Shown: piece after piece, positions 1 through 10,197 of the stretch
Position numbering within the stretch: the first letter of the stretch is position 1
Layout: every line of letters starts with the position of its first letter
From: an uncultured Acidobacteriaceae bacterium
GTDB taxonomy: Bacteria; Acidobacteriota; Terriglobia; Terriglobales; Acidobacteriaceae
Reading direction: 5' to 3'
NCBI GenBank assembly: GCA_964242225.1
Contig: CAXTAE010000001.1
Span: 650,169-714,168, forward strand
DNA: 64,000 nt
The notes under the pieces: model-generated
What the model saw: the letters and a program-made list of their open reading frames with translations, nothing else
Database searches by the model: none
What the model was told of the DNA's origin: nothing
Translations under genes and position numbers: made by a program

Positions 1-2
1 CT

Positions 3-1040
3 CGCGACCAGTGCTACAGCGTCTATGGGCCCTTGTCCCTGCTGGTGTTATTCGTCCTGTGGGCGCTGCTGCTGATCTCGGGATTCGGCTTGGTATTCTT
101 CGGCTTGCGTGTGCCGTTCCATGACCCCATGCTGACGAGTGCAACCGATTGGGCACAGCTGCGCTCCTGCCTGTACGTCAGTGGCACAACACTCTCCACG
201 CTGGGCCTGGGCGATGTTCTGCCGCGGTCCCACGCCGCGCGGCTGCTGACGGTAGTGGAGGCGGGTGCCGGCCTGGGGTTTGTTGCCTTGGTAATTGGTT
301 ATGTGCCTGTGCTGTACGGTGCGTTCTCCAAGCGCGAGGTACAGGTGGCACTCCTTGATGCGAGGGCTGGCTCGCCGCCCACAGCTATCGAGTTACTGCA
401 GCGACATAGCTTCGAAGGAGGCCCAGGTGCTTTGCGGCTGCTGCTGGCCGAGTGGGAGCGTTGGTGCGCGGAGATGCTGGAGACGCATATCTCCTACCCC
501 CTTCTTTGTTACTACCGCTCGCAGCATGACAACCAGAGCTGGCTGGCCGCCCTGACGGCCGTTTTGGACACGTGTGCGCTGCTGATTGCGTCGGTAGACA
601 GCCGCGAGACCCGGCAAGCACAGCTGACCTTCGCCATCGGCCGTCACGTGCTGGTGGACCTGGTGCATGTATTTCGCCTGGAGAGCAAGGAACAACGGCT
701 GAAGGACGGGCCGCAGAGCAGGATGGATAAAGCCGAACTGGAGCGCATCTGCGGAGAGCTGCAGGGGACAGACTTCCCCAGCTGTGCCAACCTGCGTGGG
801 GGAGAAAACATGCAGCAGCTGCAGGCGTTGCGATTGCTCTATGAGCCTTCCGCCTGTGCGCTGGCCGATTATCTCAAGCTGACCGTGCCTCCTTGGATTG
901 CTCCTGATACTGGTGTCAGGCGGGATACCTGGGCGCTGCTGAAAGGCATGAAGCTGCCCGGCGGGGAACGATTCACCCCGCATGTGAGTGCGCACTCCAC
1001 CGCGCTGCACCTCGAGGCCCATGACGAAGAGGGTCTCTAG
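3..1040 (+). CDS. Potassium/ion channel family membrane protein (5'-truncated by the window edge)
   Basis: The frame is open from position 3. Two hydrophobic helices flank the pore-like motif SGTTLSTLGLGD, followed by a soluble C-terminal domain. Confidence 0.75.
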   Translation, partial: RDQCYSVYGPLSLLVLFVLWALLLISGFGLVFFGLRVPFHDPMLTSATDWAQLRSCLYVSGTTLSTLGLGDVLPRSHAARLLTVVEAGAGLGFVALVIGYVPVLYGAFSKREVQVALLDARAGSPPTAIELLQRHSFEGGPGALRLLLAEWERWCAEMLETHISYPLLCYYRSQHDNQSWLAALTAVLDTCALLIASVDSRETRQAQLTFAIGRHVLVDLVHVFRLESKEQRLKDGPQSRMDKAELERICGELQGTDFPSCANLRGGENMQQLQALRLLYEPSACALADYLKLTVPPWIAPDTGVRRDTWALLKGMKLPGGERFTPHVSAHSTALHLEAHDEEGL

Positions 1041-1078
1041 CGCAAGGAGTCTGCGGCAGAGAACGGCGAAGGGTATAC

Positions 1079-1120
1079 AAACTCAAGAAGCCCGGCCTGC
1101 TGGCCGGGCTTCTTGAGTTT
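1079..1120. terminator. Bidirectional intrinsic terminator between convergent genes
   Basis: Perfect 19-bp inverted repeat aaactcaagaagcccggcc-tgct-ggccgggcttcttgagttt between the stops at 1040 (+) and 1130 (-). Confidence 0.85.
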
Positions 1121-1129
1121 CACGCCTAC

Positions 1130-1885
1130 CTAGCGGCGCGGCGGCCCGGGGCTGGTGGAGCCCGGATTGAGTTTTTCAGAGGCGACCTGCGCGGCGACGC
1201 CCAGCTTGCCCTTTGCATCTTTGTCGTGGTCTTTCAGCTCAGCGTAGATGCGCCGGGCATCTTCGGTCTTCCCTTCAGCATTGTAGAGAGCGGCCAGCTG
1301 TAGTTGCGCGAGCCCTGGCGGTACAGTTGCGGCCTGGCCCTTCGCAAGCTCCTGGTAGAGAGCCACGGCCTGATCTGTGCGACCGGTCTGCTGATACAGC
1401 TCAGCGAGCGCCATCTTCCCTAAGGCAGCGACATCGCCGTTATACGTGCCCGCAACCTTCTTCAAGGTGTCCTCAGCGGGCCCGTTCTGCCCGGCCTCCA
1501 TGTAGGTCACTCCGGCAAAGTAAAGAGCAAGCTTTCCTGGCTCGGTGAATCCATGATGATTGGCGACGTCCAGGAACTGGGCATTGGCCTTGGAGGCACG
1601 CTCCTTGGCTGTATTGAAGGACTTCATGCCTGGGGGAAGCGGCTGATCGGGGCGCACCAGCGGTGTCTGGTAGGTCTGCATCGCCTCCCCGAAGGCAGCC
1701 TGCGCGGCCGTGGTGGCGTGCTGATACAGGCCATACCCTATGAGCAGGATGGCGACCAGGGCGAGGGCAAGACCGCCAAACAGGAGCACACCCCGGCTGT
1801 TCTTGCGAGCCCATTGCAGGCTGCTTCCCGTGGCGAGCTGAAGGGGATCGACGGCGCGGGTATCGCGCTTGATTGCGGTGTTCAC
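1130..1885 (-). CDS. Membrane-anchored TPR protein (YfgM/TPR_21-like)
   Basis: One N-terminal TM helix (VLLFGGLALALVAILLIGYGLY) followed by Ala-rich TPR-like helices (ALYFAG, LAELY, LAALY). Confidence 0.7.
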   Translation of the reverse strand: MNTAIKRDTRAVDPLQLATGSSLQWARKNSRGVLLFGGLALALVAILLIGYGLYQHATTAAQAAFGEAMQTYQTPLVRPDQPLPPGMKSFNTAKERASKANAQFLDVANHHGFTEPGKLALYFAGVTYMEAGQNGPAEDTLKKVAGTYNGDVAALGKMALAELYQQTGRTDQAVALYQELAKGQAATVPPGLAQLQLAALYNAEGKTEDARRIYAELKDHDKDAKGKLGVAAQVASEKLNPGSTSPGPPRR

Positions 1886-2198
1886 TTAGGTTTCGTCCTC
1901 ACAAAGATCTGACAACTACGGCGAAGAAAGGCTACCGCTGGAGATCATCCCAGTCTAGCAGTATGCCTCGCGCGAAAAGCGCCACGGAGGGGCAGGTACC
2001 CGAGCCCTGTCGTCAGTCGCCGGTCAGCAAAGTTCTTGCCAACTGTATGAGTGCGGGGCTAGTATCCGTTTGCCATCGGTACAGTGCACTGATTCTGCAG
2101 CACGCGCCAGATCCGGCGAACGGCTTATTTGCCTTATTTCTTCGCATTTTTCGTCTCTGCCGAACCCTATCGGTGGAGCGCAAGGGAGCATCACGGTT

Positions 2199-2954
2199 AT
2201 GGCATGGTATGCCTATTGCATCGCAGAGCGTTCTGCATTTCCTGAGCTCGCGCATCATCGCCGCCCCGTTCCCCTGGAGAACGTCCATGGGCTGTTCGGC
2301 GGTCAGACGTTTCTCTTCCCCGCGGCTGACCTGACGGTGGTTGTTTCCGAGCACCTGCCGGAAGACGCGGCGCGCATGCAGGGGGCGGATGCCTCCTCCG
2401 CTGCTCGGGAGCATGCCAAGGTCATCGCGACTACCTTCGGCCGGTCTACGGTTCTTCCGTTCCGGTTCGGCACCTCGTTCGACGACGACGATTCGCTACG
2501 CCGGTCGGTGCGTTCTAACCAGCGACACTTCATGGCGAATGTGGAGCGTTTACGCGGCAAGGCGGAAATGCACCTTAAGGTACTGGTCGACGATGTCTGC
2601 CCGGAGCGGGCCGACAAAACAGCGGCACATGCAGCCGGGCAGGCATACCTGTCGCATCTGCGCGAAACGGCTTCCCGGCAGCGGGAGCGGCAGTCGCGAG
2701 CGCGGGCGCTCTCGGTCCAGATGCACCGGATGTTTCTTCCACTGGAAGAGGAGATCACCTGCAAGCGCACAGATTCTGGCAAGATGCTGCTGGACATCGC
2801 CCATCTTGTAGATAAGAAGCTGGTGGAGCGTTACCAGAACAAGTACAGTTCGGCCACTCTGCAGCTGAAGGATTGTGCAATGCAGTTATCAGGTCCCTGG
2901 CCGCCGTACCACTTCGTACATCGCGACTCCGGCCACCGCGCGGCGCACGCGTAA
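2199..2954 (+). CDS. GvpL/GvpF-family protein (orphan)
   Basis: MAWYAYCI N-terminus, VLPFRFGT and SGPWPPYHFV motifs typical of GvpF/L. ATG at 2199 follows gggag; the ORF track start at 2070 is probably too long. Confidence 0.8.
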   Translation: MAWYAYCIAERSAFPELAHHRRPVPLENVHGLFGGQTFLFPAADLTVVVSEHLPEDAARMQGADASSAAREHAKVIATTFGRSTVLPFRFGTSFDDDDSLRRSVRSNQRHFMANVERLRGKAEMHLKVLVDDVCPERADKTAAHAAGQAYLSHLRETASRQRERQSRARALSVQMHRMFLPLEEEITCKRTDSGKMLLDIAHLVDKKLVERYQNKYSSATLQLKDCAMQLSGPWPPYHFVHRDSGHRAAHA

Positions 2955-2975
2955 AGCTGATCTCAGACATGCAAG

Positions 2976-2999
2976 AGCCCCGGCCTGGCTGGGGCTTTC
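2976..2999. terminator. Probable terminator hairpin between gvpF/L and pgsA
   Basis: agccccggc-ctg-gctggggct followed by ttc, between convergent genes. Confidence 0.55.
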
Positions 3000-3090
3000 G
3001 TGTGTCTGGCACAGTCCAAAGAGCACTGTCGTGCTCACAGCAAGAATGCGGCCAGATCTGCAAAAACTTAGTCTGCAAGTGGGCCTGCCG

Positions 3091-3744
3091 CTAAGCCTGG
3101 CTCTCCGCGGCGGGCTTGCGGCGGGTGAGCACCGAAGAGCGGCGTTTACGCCGTTTGTCACTAGCGCCATCTACCTTCTTCCAGAAGCCCACGAAGTAAT
3201 CGATCGCGGAGATGATGGAGACCACCGCCATCCAGTAGATCGCGGTGACTGCGATGAGGTGGACGCCGAGAACAAGTGGGCCAAAATCCCACTCGTACCA
3301 GCGGTGGCTGAGGATGGCGGCGACGACCGAAACGATCTGGATGACGGTCTTTAGCTTGCCGATGTCGGAGGCCTGGATCGTAAAGCCTTCGGAGGCGGCG
3401 ATCGAGCGCAGGCCGCTGACCAGAAACTCGCGGCCGATAACCAGAACGGCAATCCAGGGCGACACTAGGCCGGGCGTGTAGGCCACCAGGCAGATATAAG
3501 CCGCCGAGACCATCAGTTTGTCGGCGAGCGGGTCGAGCAGCATGCCGAGGGTCGTGATCTGGCCGCGACGCCGGGCGAAGTAGCCGTCGAGGCCATCAGT
3601 TACCGAGGCCAGGATGAAGATGGCAGAGGCGAAAATCTCCTGTTCCCCGTGTGCGCCACGAAAGGGCGAGTGCGCCGACAGTGCCCAGATCAGCACCGGA
3701 ACAGCGGCAATGCGGGAGAGCGTGATGGAGTTAGGCAGGTTCAC
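3091..3744 (-). CDS. pgsA: CDP-diacylglycerol--glycerol-3-phosphate 3-phosphatidyltransferase
   Basis: MNLPNSITLSR start and CDP-alcohol phosphotransferase motif DGLDGYFARRRGQITTLGMLLDPLADK. Confidence 0.9.
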   Translation of the reverse strand: MNLPNSITLSRIAAVPVLIWALSAHSPFRGAHGEQEIFASAIFILASVTDGLDGYFARRRGQITTLGMLLDPLADKLMVSAAYICLVAYTPGLVSPWIAVLVIGREFLVSGLRSIAASEGFTIQASDIGKLKTVIQIVSVVAAILSHRWYEWDFGPLVLGVHLIAVTAIYWMAVVSIISAIDYFVGFWKKVDGASDKRRKRRSSVLTRRKPAAESQA

Positions 3745-4026
3745 CGGCGGCTCTGCTCCCGGAGCGCAAACACTGTCATTCTGTCACAACGGTGTGGCGA
3801 GAGTTGGGTGACCGCGGGCGCTGATCTAACGCCGTATGCGCGCCTTCGCCGGCGCATGCATTCCTGCAATGGTTCGGTGTAGCAGGTAGCCTTTGCCTCC
3901 AGCGCAGGCAGCCCAGAAAGACGCGGCAATCAGTGGACAGGAAAGCGCAATGCAGGATTTTTGTTGCTCCCACGCGGGGAGCCTGCGAGCATAGCGTGAT
4001 CGGGCCCATACGCAATGGAGAACACC

Positions 4027-4512
4027 ATGAAGCGCTTTGCCCTTCTGCCCCTATTGTTCCTTTCGATGAGTCACGCCTGCTTTGCCCAGGCTGAGGCCGC
4101 GGCGCGTCAACAGATTGAAGCCGCGGAGGCCGCTGTCGGCAAGGCGATCGGAATGAAAGACGTGGCTACGTTGCAAAGGTTGTGGTCACCCAGAATGTTG
4201 GTCAACAGCCCAGCCAACAACGTCCTTACCCGCGATCAGGTCATCGCGGCTCTGGGGAAGGATCAGTTGCGCTACTCCAAGTACGAAGGAAGCGTTGAGA
4301 CCTTCACCACCTTTGGCCCCGACCTGGCTGTGCTGATGGGGCACGAAACCCTTGTGCGTGCCGACGGTGCCTACAGCGGCCGACCCTTGTACCGACGCTA
4401 TACCGACGTGTGGCAGAGAACCGATGGCAACTGGGTACAGATCGTCCGTCAAGCGACCTACACAAGCGAACCCGTGATCCCGGTAGGCGGATCAGCCAAG
4501 GACGTAAAGTAG
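4027..4512 (+). CDS. Exported nuclear transport factor 2 / DUF4440-family protein
   Basis: Signal peptide MKRFALLPLLFLSMSHACFA after ggagaa RBS; C-terminal RRYTDVWQRTDGNWVQI is typical of SnoaL/DUF4440 folds. Confidence 0.7.
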   Translation: MKRFALLPLLFLSMSHACFAQAEAAARQQIEAAEAAVGKAIGMKDVATLQRLWSPRMLVNSPANNVLTRDQVIAALGKDQLRYSKYEGSVETFTTFGPDLAVLMGHETLVRADGAYSGRPLYRRYTDVWQRTDGNWVQIVRQATYTSEPVIPVGGSAKDVK

Positions 4513-4557
4513 CCCGGATCCGACCTTCTCGGACCCGGGTTGCTCGTTCGTCTGGGC

Positions 4558-5916
<1,359 letters not shown>

Positions 5917-6079
5917 GTTGTCGCCTCCCTTGGCTGTACTTTTGTCCACCTCTATTGGACTCACTGGGGGCGGTTAGGAGTCGGGTTTCGAAGAAGCAAT
6001 CCGGGCTCGGTTCCCGGGCAAACCCGGCGATCATAGGCCAGGATCGGCGAGTTCGGCAACCCACGAAGGTCGTAGTGAG

Positions 6080-7624
6080 TTGGATACTATGGACCGTATG
6101 CCTGGAAGTGAGACAACCCCGCAACTGCCTGAGTTTTCAAGGCTTGTTGCCGCTCGGTACACCTTGGTACCGCTGATGCGTACGGTCTTGGCCGATCTGG
6201 AGACACCCGTAGGGGCGTTTTTGCGGGTCGCAGCCGAGGCGCCCGAAGCGTTTCTGCTGGAATCGGTGGAGGGCGGTGAGAAGATCGGGCGCTACACCTT
6301 TATCGGCGTGCGGCCCTACCGCACGATGACCGCACGGGAGGGCTCGATCACTGTTTCTGAGGCTGGGGCTACACGGACCTACGAAGGTGATGTTTTCGCG
6401 GAGTTGAAGGGCGCACTTGAGGGACACACCCCCGCAAAGCTTCCTGGGCTGCCGCCGTTTACAGCTGGAGCGGTTGGCTTTTTCGCGTACGACGTGGTGC
6501 GCCGGATCGAGCGGCTGCCGAAGATCGCCGAAGATGAACTGCATGTGCCGGACGCACACCTGATGTTCTTCGATCAGGTGTTGGCGTTTGATCACGTGAG
6601 AAAGGCCATTCATCTCCTTGTGACGGCAGGGGCGCGCTACCCGCTGCATCAGGCCAACGCGGCCGGGGCGTTCGACGATGCGGAGGCGCGGCTGGATGAG
6701 TTGGAGGCTCTACTGGAAGCGGCGTTGCCCAAACCCGCAAAGGTCCGGATAGCGGAGCCGCTGGCGATCATTCCGCGGACGGAGGCTAAAGATTTTCTGG
6801 AAGCGGTCGATAAAACAAAGGAGTACATCGCGGCCGGAGACGTGTTTCAGTGCGTGCTGTCGCAGCGGTTCGATTGCGTGCCGGGGGTGGATGCGTTTGA
6901 GATATATCGATCGCTGCGGATTGTGAATCCGTCGCCCTACATGTACTTTCTTCGCTTTGGGCTGCCGTCCACGGCCACGCGGGAGGTGCCGCGACGCTGC
7001 CACATCGTGGGGTCCTCGCCGGAGATGCTGGTGCGCGTAAAGGACGACCGGGTGGAGTATCGTCCGATCGCGGGAACGCGGCCACGCGGCGCCGATGAGG
7101 CGCAGGACCTGGAGCATGAGCGGAGCCTGCGCGCCGATGCCAAGGAGGTCTCCGAGCACGTGATGCTGGTTGACCTTGGCCGCAATGATGTGGGGCGAGT
7201 GAGCGAGTTTGGGTCAGTACGGGTAAAGGAGCTGATGTTTATCGAGCGCTACTCGCACGTTATGCACCTGGTAAGCGCGCTGGAGGGCACGCTGCGCGCG
7301 GGGCTGGCGCCGCTGGACGCGTTTCGTTCCTGCTTCCCCGCAGGAACACTCTCAGGCGCACCGAAGATCCGGGCGATGCAGATCATCGAGGAGATGGAAC
7401 CGGTGCGGCGCGGCGTGTATGGCGGTGCAATCGTCTATGCGGACTTCAGCGGCAACTTCGACAGCTGCATTGCGATCCGTACCCTTTTTATGGATGGCGA
7501 AACGGGCTACATCCAAGCGGGGGCCGGGGTGGTAGCGGATTCAGTGCCGCAGACGGAGTTCGAGGAGTGCGCGAACAAGGCACGTGCGGTGGTGCGAGCG
7601 ATCGAACGAGCTCGCGGGACCTAG
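6080..7624 (+). CDS. trpE: Anthranilate synthase component I
   Basis: FLLESVEGGEKIGRY, NPSPYMY, EHVMLVDLGRND, PAGTLSGAPK and QAGAG motifs. Start could be 6089 or 6098. Confidence 0.93.
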   Translation: MDTMDRMPGSETTPQLPEFSRLVAARYTLVPLMRTVLADLETPVGAFLRVAAEAPEAFLLESVEGGEKIGRYTFIGVRPYRTMTAREGSITVSEAGATRTYEGDVFAELKGALEGHTPAKLPGLPPFTAGAVGFFAYDVVRRIERLPKIAEDELHVPDAHLMFFDQVLAFDHVRKAIHLLVTAGARYPLHQANAAGAFDDAEARLDELEALLEAALPKPAKVRIAEPLAIIPRTEAKDFLEAVDKTKEYIAAGDVFQCVLSQRFDCVPGVDAFEIYRSLRIVNPSPYMYFLRFGLPSTATREVPRRCHIVGSSPEMLVRVKDDRVEYRPIAGTRPRGADEAQDLEHERSLRADAKEVSEHVMLVDLGRNDVGRVSEFGSVRVKELMFIERYSHVMHLVSALEGTLRAGLAPLDAFRSCFPAGTLSGAPKIRAMQIIEEMEPVRRGVYGGAIVYADFSGNFDSCIAIRTLFMDGETGYIQAGAGVVADSVPQTEFEECANKARAVVRAIERARGT

Positions 7625-7776
7625 CCTGCGTCATGCTTCGCCTCGCACCGAAGCGCGCAGGTAACCTTCTGTCGCCTTTTGCGACGCCTTCTGCCATACA
7701 TGCGCCAAAGGAGGCAGGACTGCTGCACCTTTGCGGTAGCAACAGGAGTCCTCCCACGGGTTACTGTGAGGAGGTT

Positions 7777-8193
7777 ATGGATGGGGACCTCGACGATCAA
7801 CTCGAAAAGCTGGAACGCAGCCTGGCTATTTTCAAGAGTGCAGCAGACCGCGCACTGGGCGTTTCCGGGACGGTGCAGCACCTAGGGATCACCTTCAGCG
7901 TGAGCCGCCGCTTCGTCATCGCCGATCTTTCGCCGTTGGCCTTCTTCCATCTTGTGGAGCAGATTGAGGGCGATGAGGTAAGCGCGGCCGTCGTACGGCT
8001 GTATGACCGCCTCATGCCGCTGCTGCTATGCCAACATCAGTGGACTCCCCTGAAACGAGCCAGCGATCACCAAGTGATGCAGCTGGGCGCCCATGCTGTT
8101 GAGCCAGCGCGAGGTCCACACATCTGCCGATGCTGCACGGCATATGCGCTGGGCACCTCGTTGCCGGTGACGGGTCGCGCCCTTCGGCCCTGA
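7777..8193 (+). CDS. Hypothetical protein with C-terminal Cys/His cluster
   Basis: ATG 7777 after a strong gaggagg RBS; 138 aa; CQHQW...HICRCC. Confidence 0.65.
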   Translation: MDGDLDDQLEKLERSLAIFKSAADRALGVSGTVQHLGITFSVSRRFVIADLSPLAFFHLVEQIEGDEVSAAVVRLYDRLMPLLLCQHQWTPLKRASDHQVMQLGAHAVEPARGPHICRCCTAYALGTSLPVTGRALRP

Positions 8194-8233
8194 GCCAAAC
8201 GGGTGGACATGAGGGGTCATGAGAGCACGGTCT

Positions 8234-9715
8234 CTACCCAAGCTCGTTCGGGTCGGCCTGCCTGGTGAAGTGGAACAGGATCCTGCCATTGCTCAGCAAC
8301 AGCTCGCGACTAACGTGGAAGTACCGCGCGAAAGCGGTTCGCAGTGCTTCTTCGGTGACATGGCCGTAAATGGCTTCTCGCCCCCGCAGCACCTCTACAA
8401 ACTTCGGATCGGTCGGGGGGACCCATTCCAAGATGAGGTTTTTGGTCGTGATGCGGCTACAAAGGGAGGCAATGTGCTCCATCGGGATCTGACTGCTGAG
8501 CAGCAGATGGTGGATGACGGCCAGCATCATGACTAGGTCGAAGTGGCCCTCGCACCGTTGCAGGAACGACAGGGTCTCCCGGTTCTCCCAACCCAACGCC
8601 GGGGTAGCGTAGGCCAGGTCGACGCAGAGTGGAAGGATGTTTTTGCCGGTGCCCCGCAACTCCGTGCAGAGTCGGTCAAGAGCGCCCGTGTCCGTGTCAA
8701 TGGACACGACGGCCGCGCCGGCATCGGCCGCAATGCGCGAGTACACGCCCGTGTTGCAGCCTACGTCGAGCACATTCCGGGGCGAACAGCTCCTTAGGGT
8801 CTCCGCGACAAACTGCCGCTTTTCTTCGTGGTCGCCCCCGGAGTAGTGTCCGGCGGTCTCGACGTAGCCTGACCAGGTAGAGGGGCGCAGTGGGGGTGCG
8901 ATGCGATCGGTCGCGGTACGCAGGCCGGCGATGCGCTTGAGCAGAATCTTCTTATTGATCTCTGGTCCTTGCGCGCTGCTCGCTGCCTGGGCTCGCGACT
9001 CCAGCTGCTTCATGCTCCCGGAGGCCTTGCGGCTCCAACGCCCCAGCACCACCGGCAGGGTCACTGACGTGAGCGCCACACGGTTCAGCCGCGACGGCCA
9101 GGGCAGCGCCGCGAAGATGTCCTCCGGCTCAAAGCCATCACGGCGTAGCTGCGCCGTCGACAGCGGCCAACCGAGCTCCGCATGCGCCAGCAAGGGCAGC
9201 AGAAGCGTGCGGACATACTGGCCATAGGCTAGCCAGATGGGGGAACTGCTGTCGAGGCGTTCTACGGAGAGCACATCCACAAAGATCGGGGTGGTTCCCT
9301 GAAAGAGGATGTTGAGCGGAGTCGCGTCCTTGAGAACCCAGCCTTCCCCAACAAGCCGTTGGCAGAGGTCGGTGGTAAGCCTGGCCGCGGCGAGCCACAG
9401 CGCACTCGGCCACTCCCAAGGGTAGGAGATGAACGGAATGCGCGGATGGCGCAGGACGACTGTCCCGTCGGTACTCTCCAGCACCTCGCTCGCGACCAGT
9501 CGGCCATCGGCGACCAGCTCGGTTGCCAGGGGCGTCGCCAGAAAGGCGAGGATGTTCGTAGCGTGAGGTTCGCGCACCGACCGAAAGACACCTTCAGGCC
9601 TCAGCTCTACGCTGCCTGCGGGGTCGCGAAAGGTTTTGTGGGTCTGTCCGACGTGTTCCTGAAGCAAGGTGTTCCTTTCCGGTGCAGAGCAATCGCGAAC
9701 TCGGGCGGGGAGCAC
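8234..9715 (-). CDS. NoeA-like protein: kinase-like N-terminal domain fused to a class I SAM methyltransferase
   Basis: TFRDPAG, ISYPWEW and LKDATPLNILF...FVDVLS (kinase catalytic-loop-like), then VLDVGCNTG (SAM motif I) and LAVIHHL. GTG start is uncertain. Confidence 0.75.
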   Translation of the reverse strand: MLPARVRDCSAPERNTLLQEHVGQTHKTFRDPAGSVELRPEGVFRSVREPHATNILAFLATPLATELVADGRLVASEVLESTDGTVVLRHPRIPFISYPWEWPSALWLAAARLTTDLCQRLVGEGWVLKDATPLNILFQGTTPIFVDVLSVERLDSSSPIWLAYGQYVRTLLLPLLAHAELGWPLSTAQLRRDGFEPEDIFAALPWPSRLNRVALTSVTLPVVLGRWSRKASGSMKQLESRAQAASSAQGPEINKKILLKRIAGLRTATDRIAPPLRPSTWSGYVETAGHYSGGDHEEKRQFVAETLRSCSPRNVLDVGCNTGVYSRIAADAGAAVVSIDTDTGALDRLCTELRGTGKNILPLCVDLAYATPALGWENRETLSFLQRCEGHFDLVMMLAVIHHLLLSSQIPMEHIASLCSRITTKNLILEWVPPTDPKFVEVLRGREAIYGHVTEEALRTAFARYFHVSRELLLSNGRILFHFTRQADPNELG

Positions 9716-9849
9716 CGGCAGGCGGAGACTGACTTAACTCATGGTAGAAAGCGTGGCGAACCGTTCACGTTCTGTTAATCTCCCTGTAACCAGACGCTGG
9801 AGTCAATCTTTTCCCCTAGAAATCTTCGGCGCAACGTACGAGGTCCGCA

Positions 9850-10074
9850 TTGAAACAGTTCTTCTCATTGCTTTTGACCATTGTTTTGGTGATCTCTGCC
9901 GCGTTCACCCTGGAGGGCCACGCCTACGCCTACGTCGATCCCGGCTCCGGGCTGCTGATCTTCCAGATTGCCGGCACAGTGATCACGGGCGGCGTACTTT
10001 GGTTCCGCCGGCGCATCCGCAACCTATTCAGACGTCCTGCGGCGTCGGCACCCGGACCTGATCAGCAGAGCTGA
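9850..10074 (+). CDS. Small exported membrane peptide with YVDPGSG motif
   Basis: TTG start after gagg; signal-like N-terminus ending HAYA, then YVDPGSG, a TM helix and a basic RRRIR tail; 74 aa. Confidence 0.8.
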   Translation: MKQFFSLLLTIVLVISAAFTLEGHAYAYVDPGSGLLIFQIAGTVITGGVLWFRRRIRNLFRRPAASAPGPDQQS

Positions 10075-10197
10075 AGGGTAGTCCCTCGGCAGCTTCCATT
10101 ACCCGCTACGTGGAATGGATCTAGCACGAGCGACGTAGAGGGACGGTAAGCGCTTGGGTTCGATCCTGCACGTTAGCAGGGCTTTCGCTACGGTAGC

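Noticed and set aside
5965-6079. Possible Trp attenuator leader before trpE, and a GGGCAAACCC (6016-6025) resembling a c-di-GMP-I riboswitch fragment
   Set aside because: No short ORF with tandem TGG codons and no terminator; the GNRA tetraloop/receptor and P2 stem of the riboswitch are absent.
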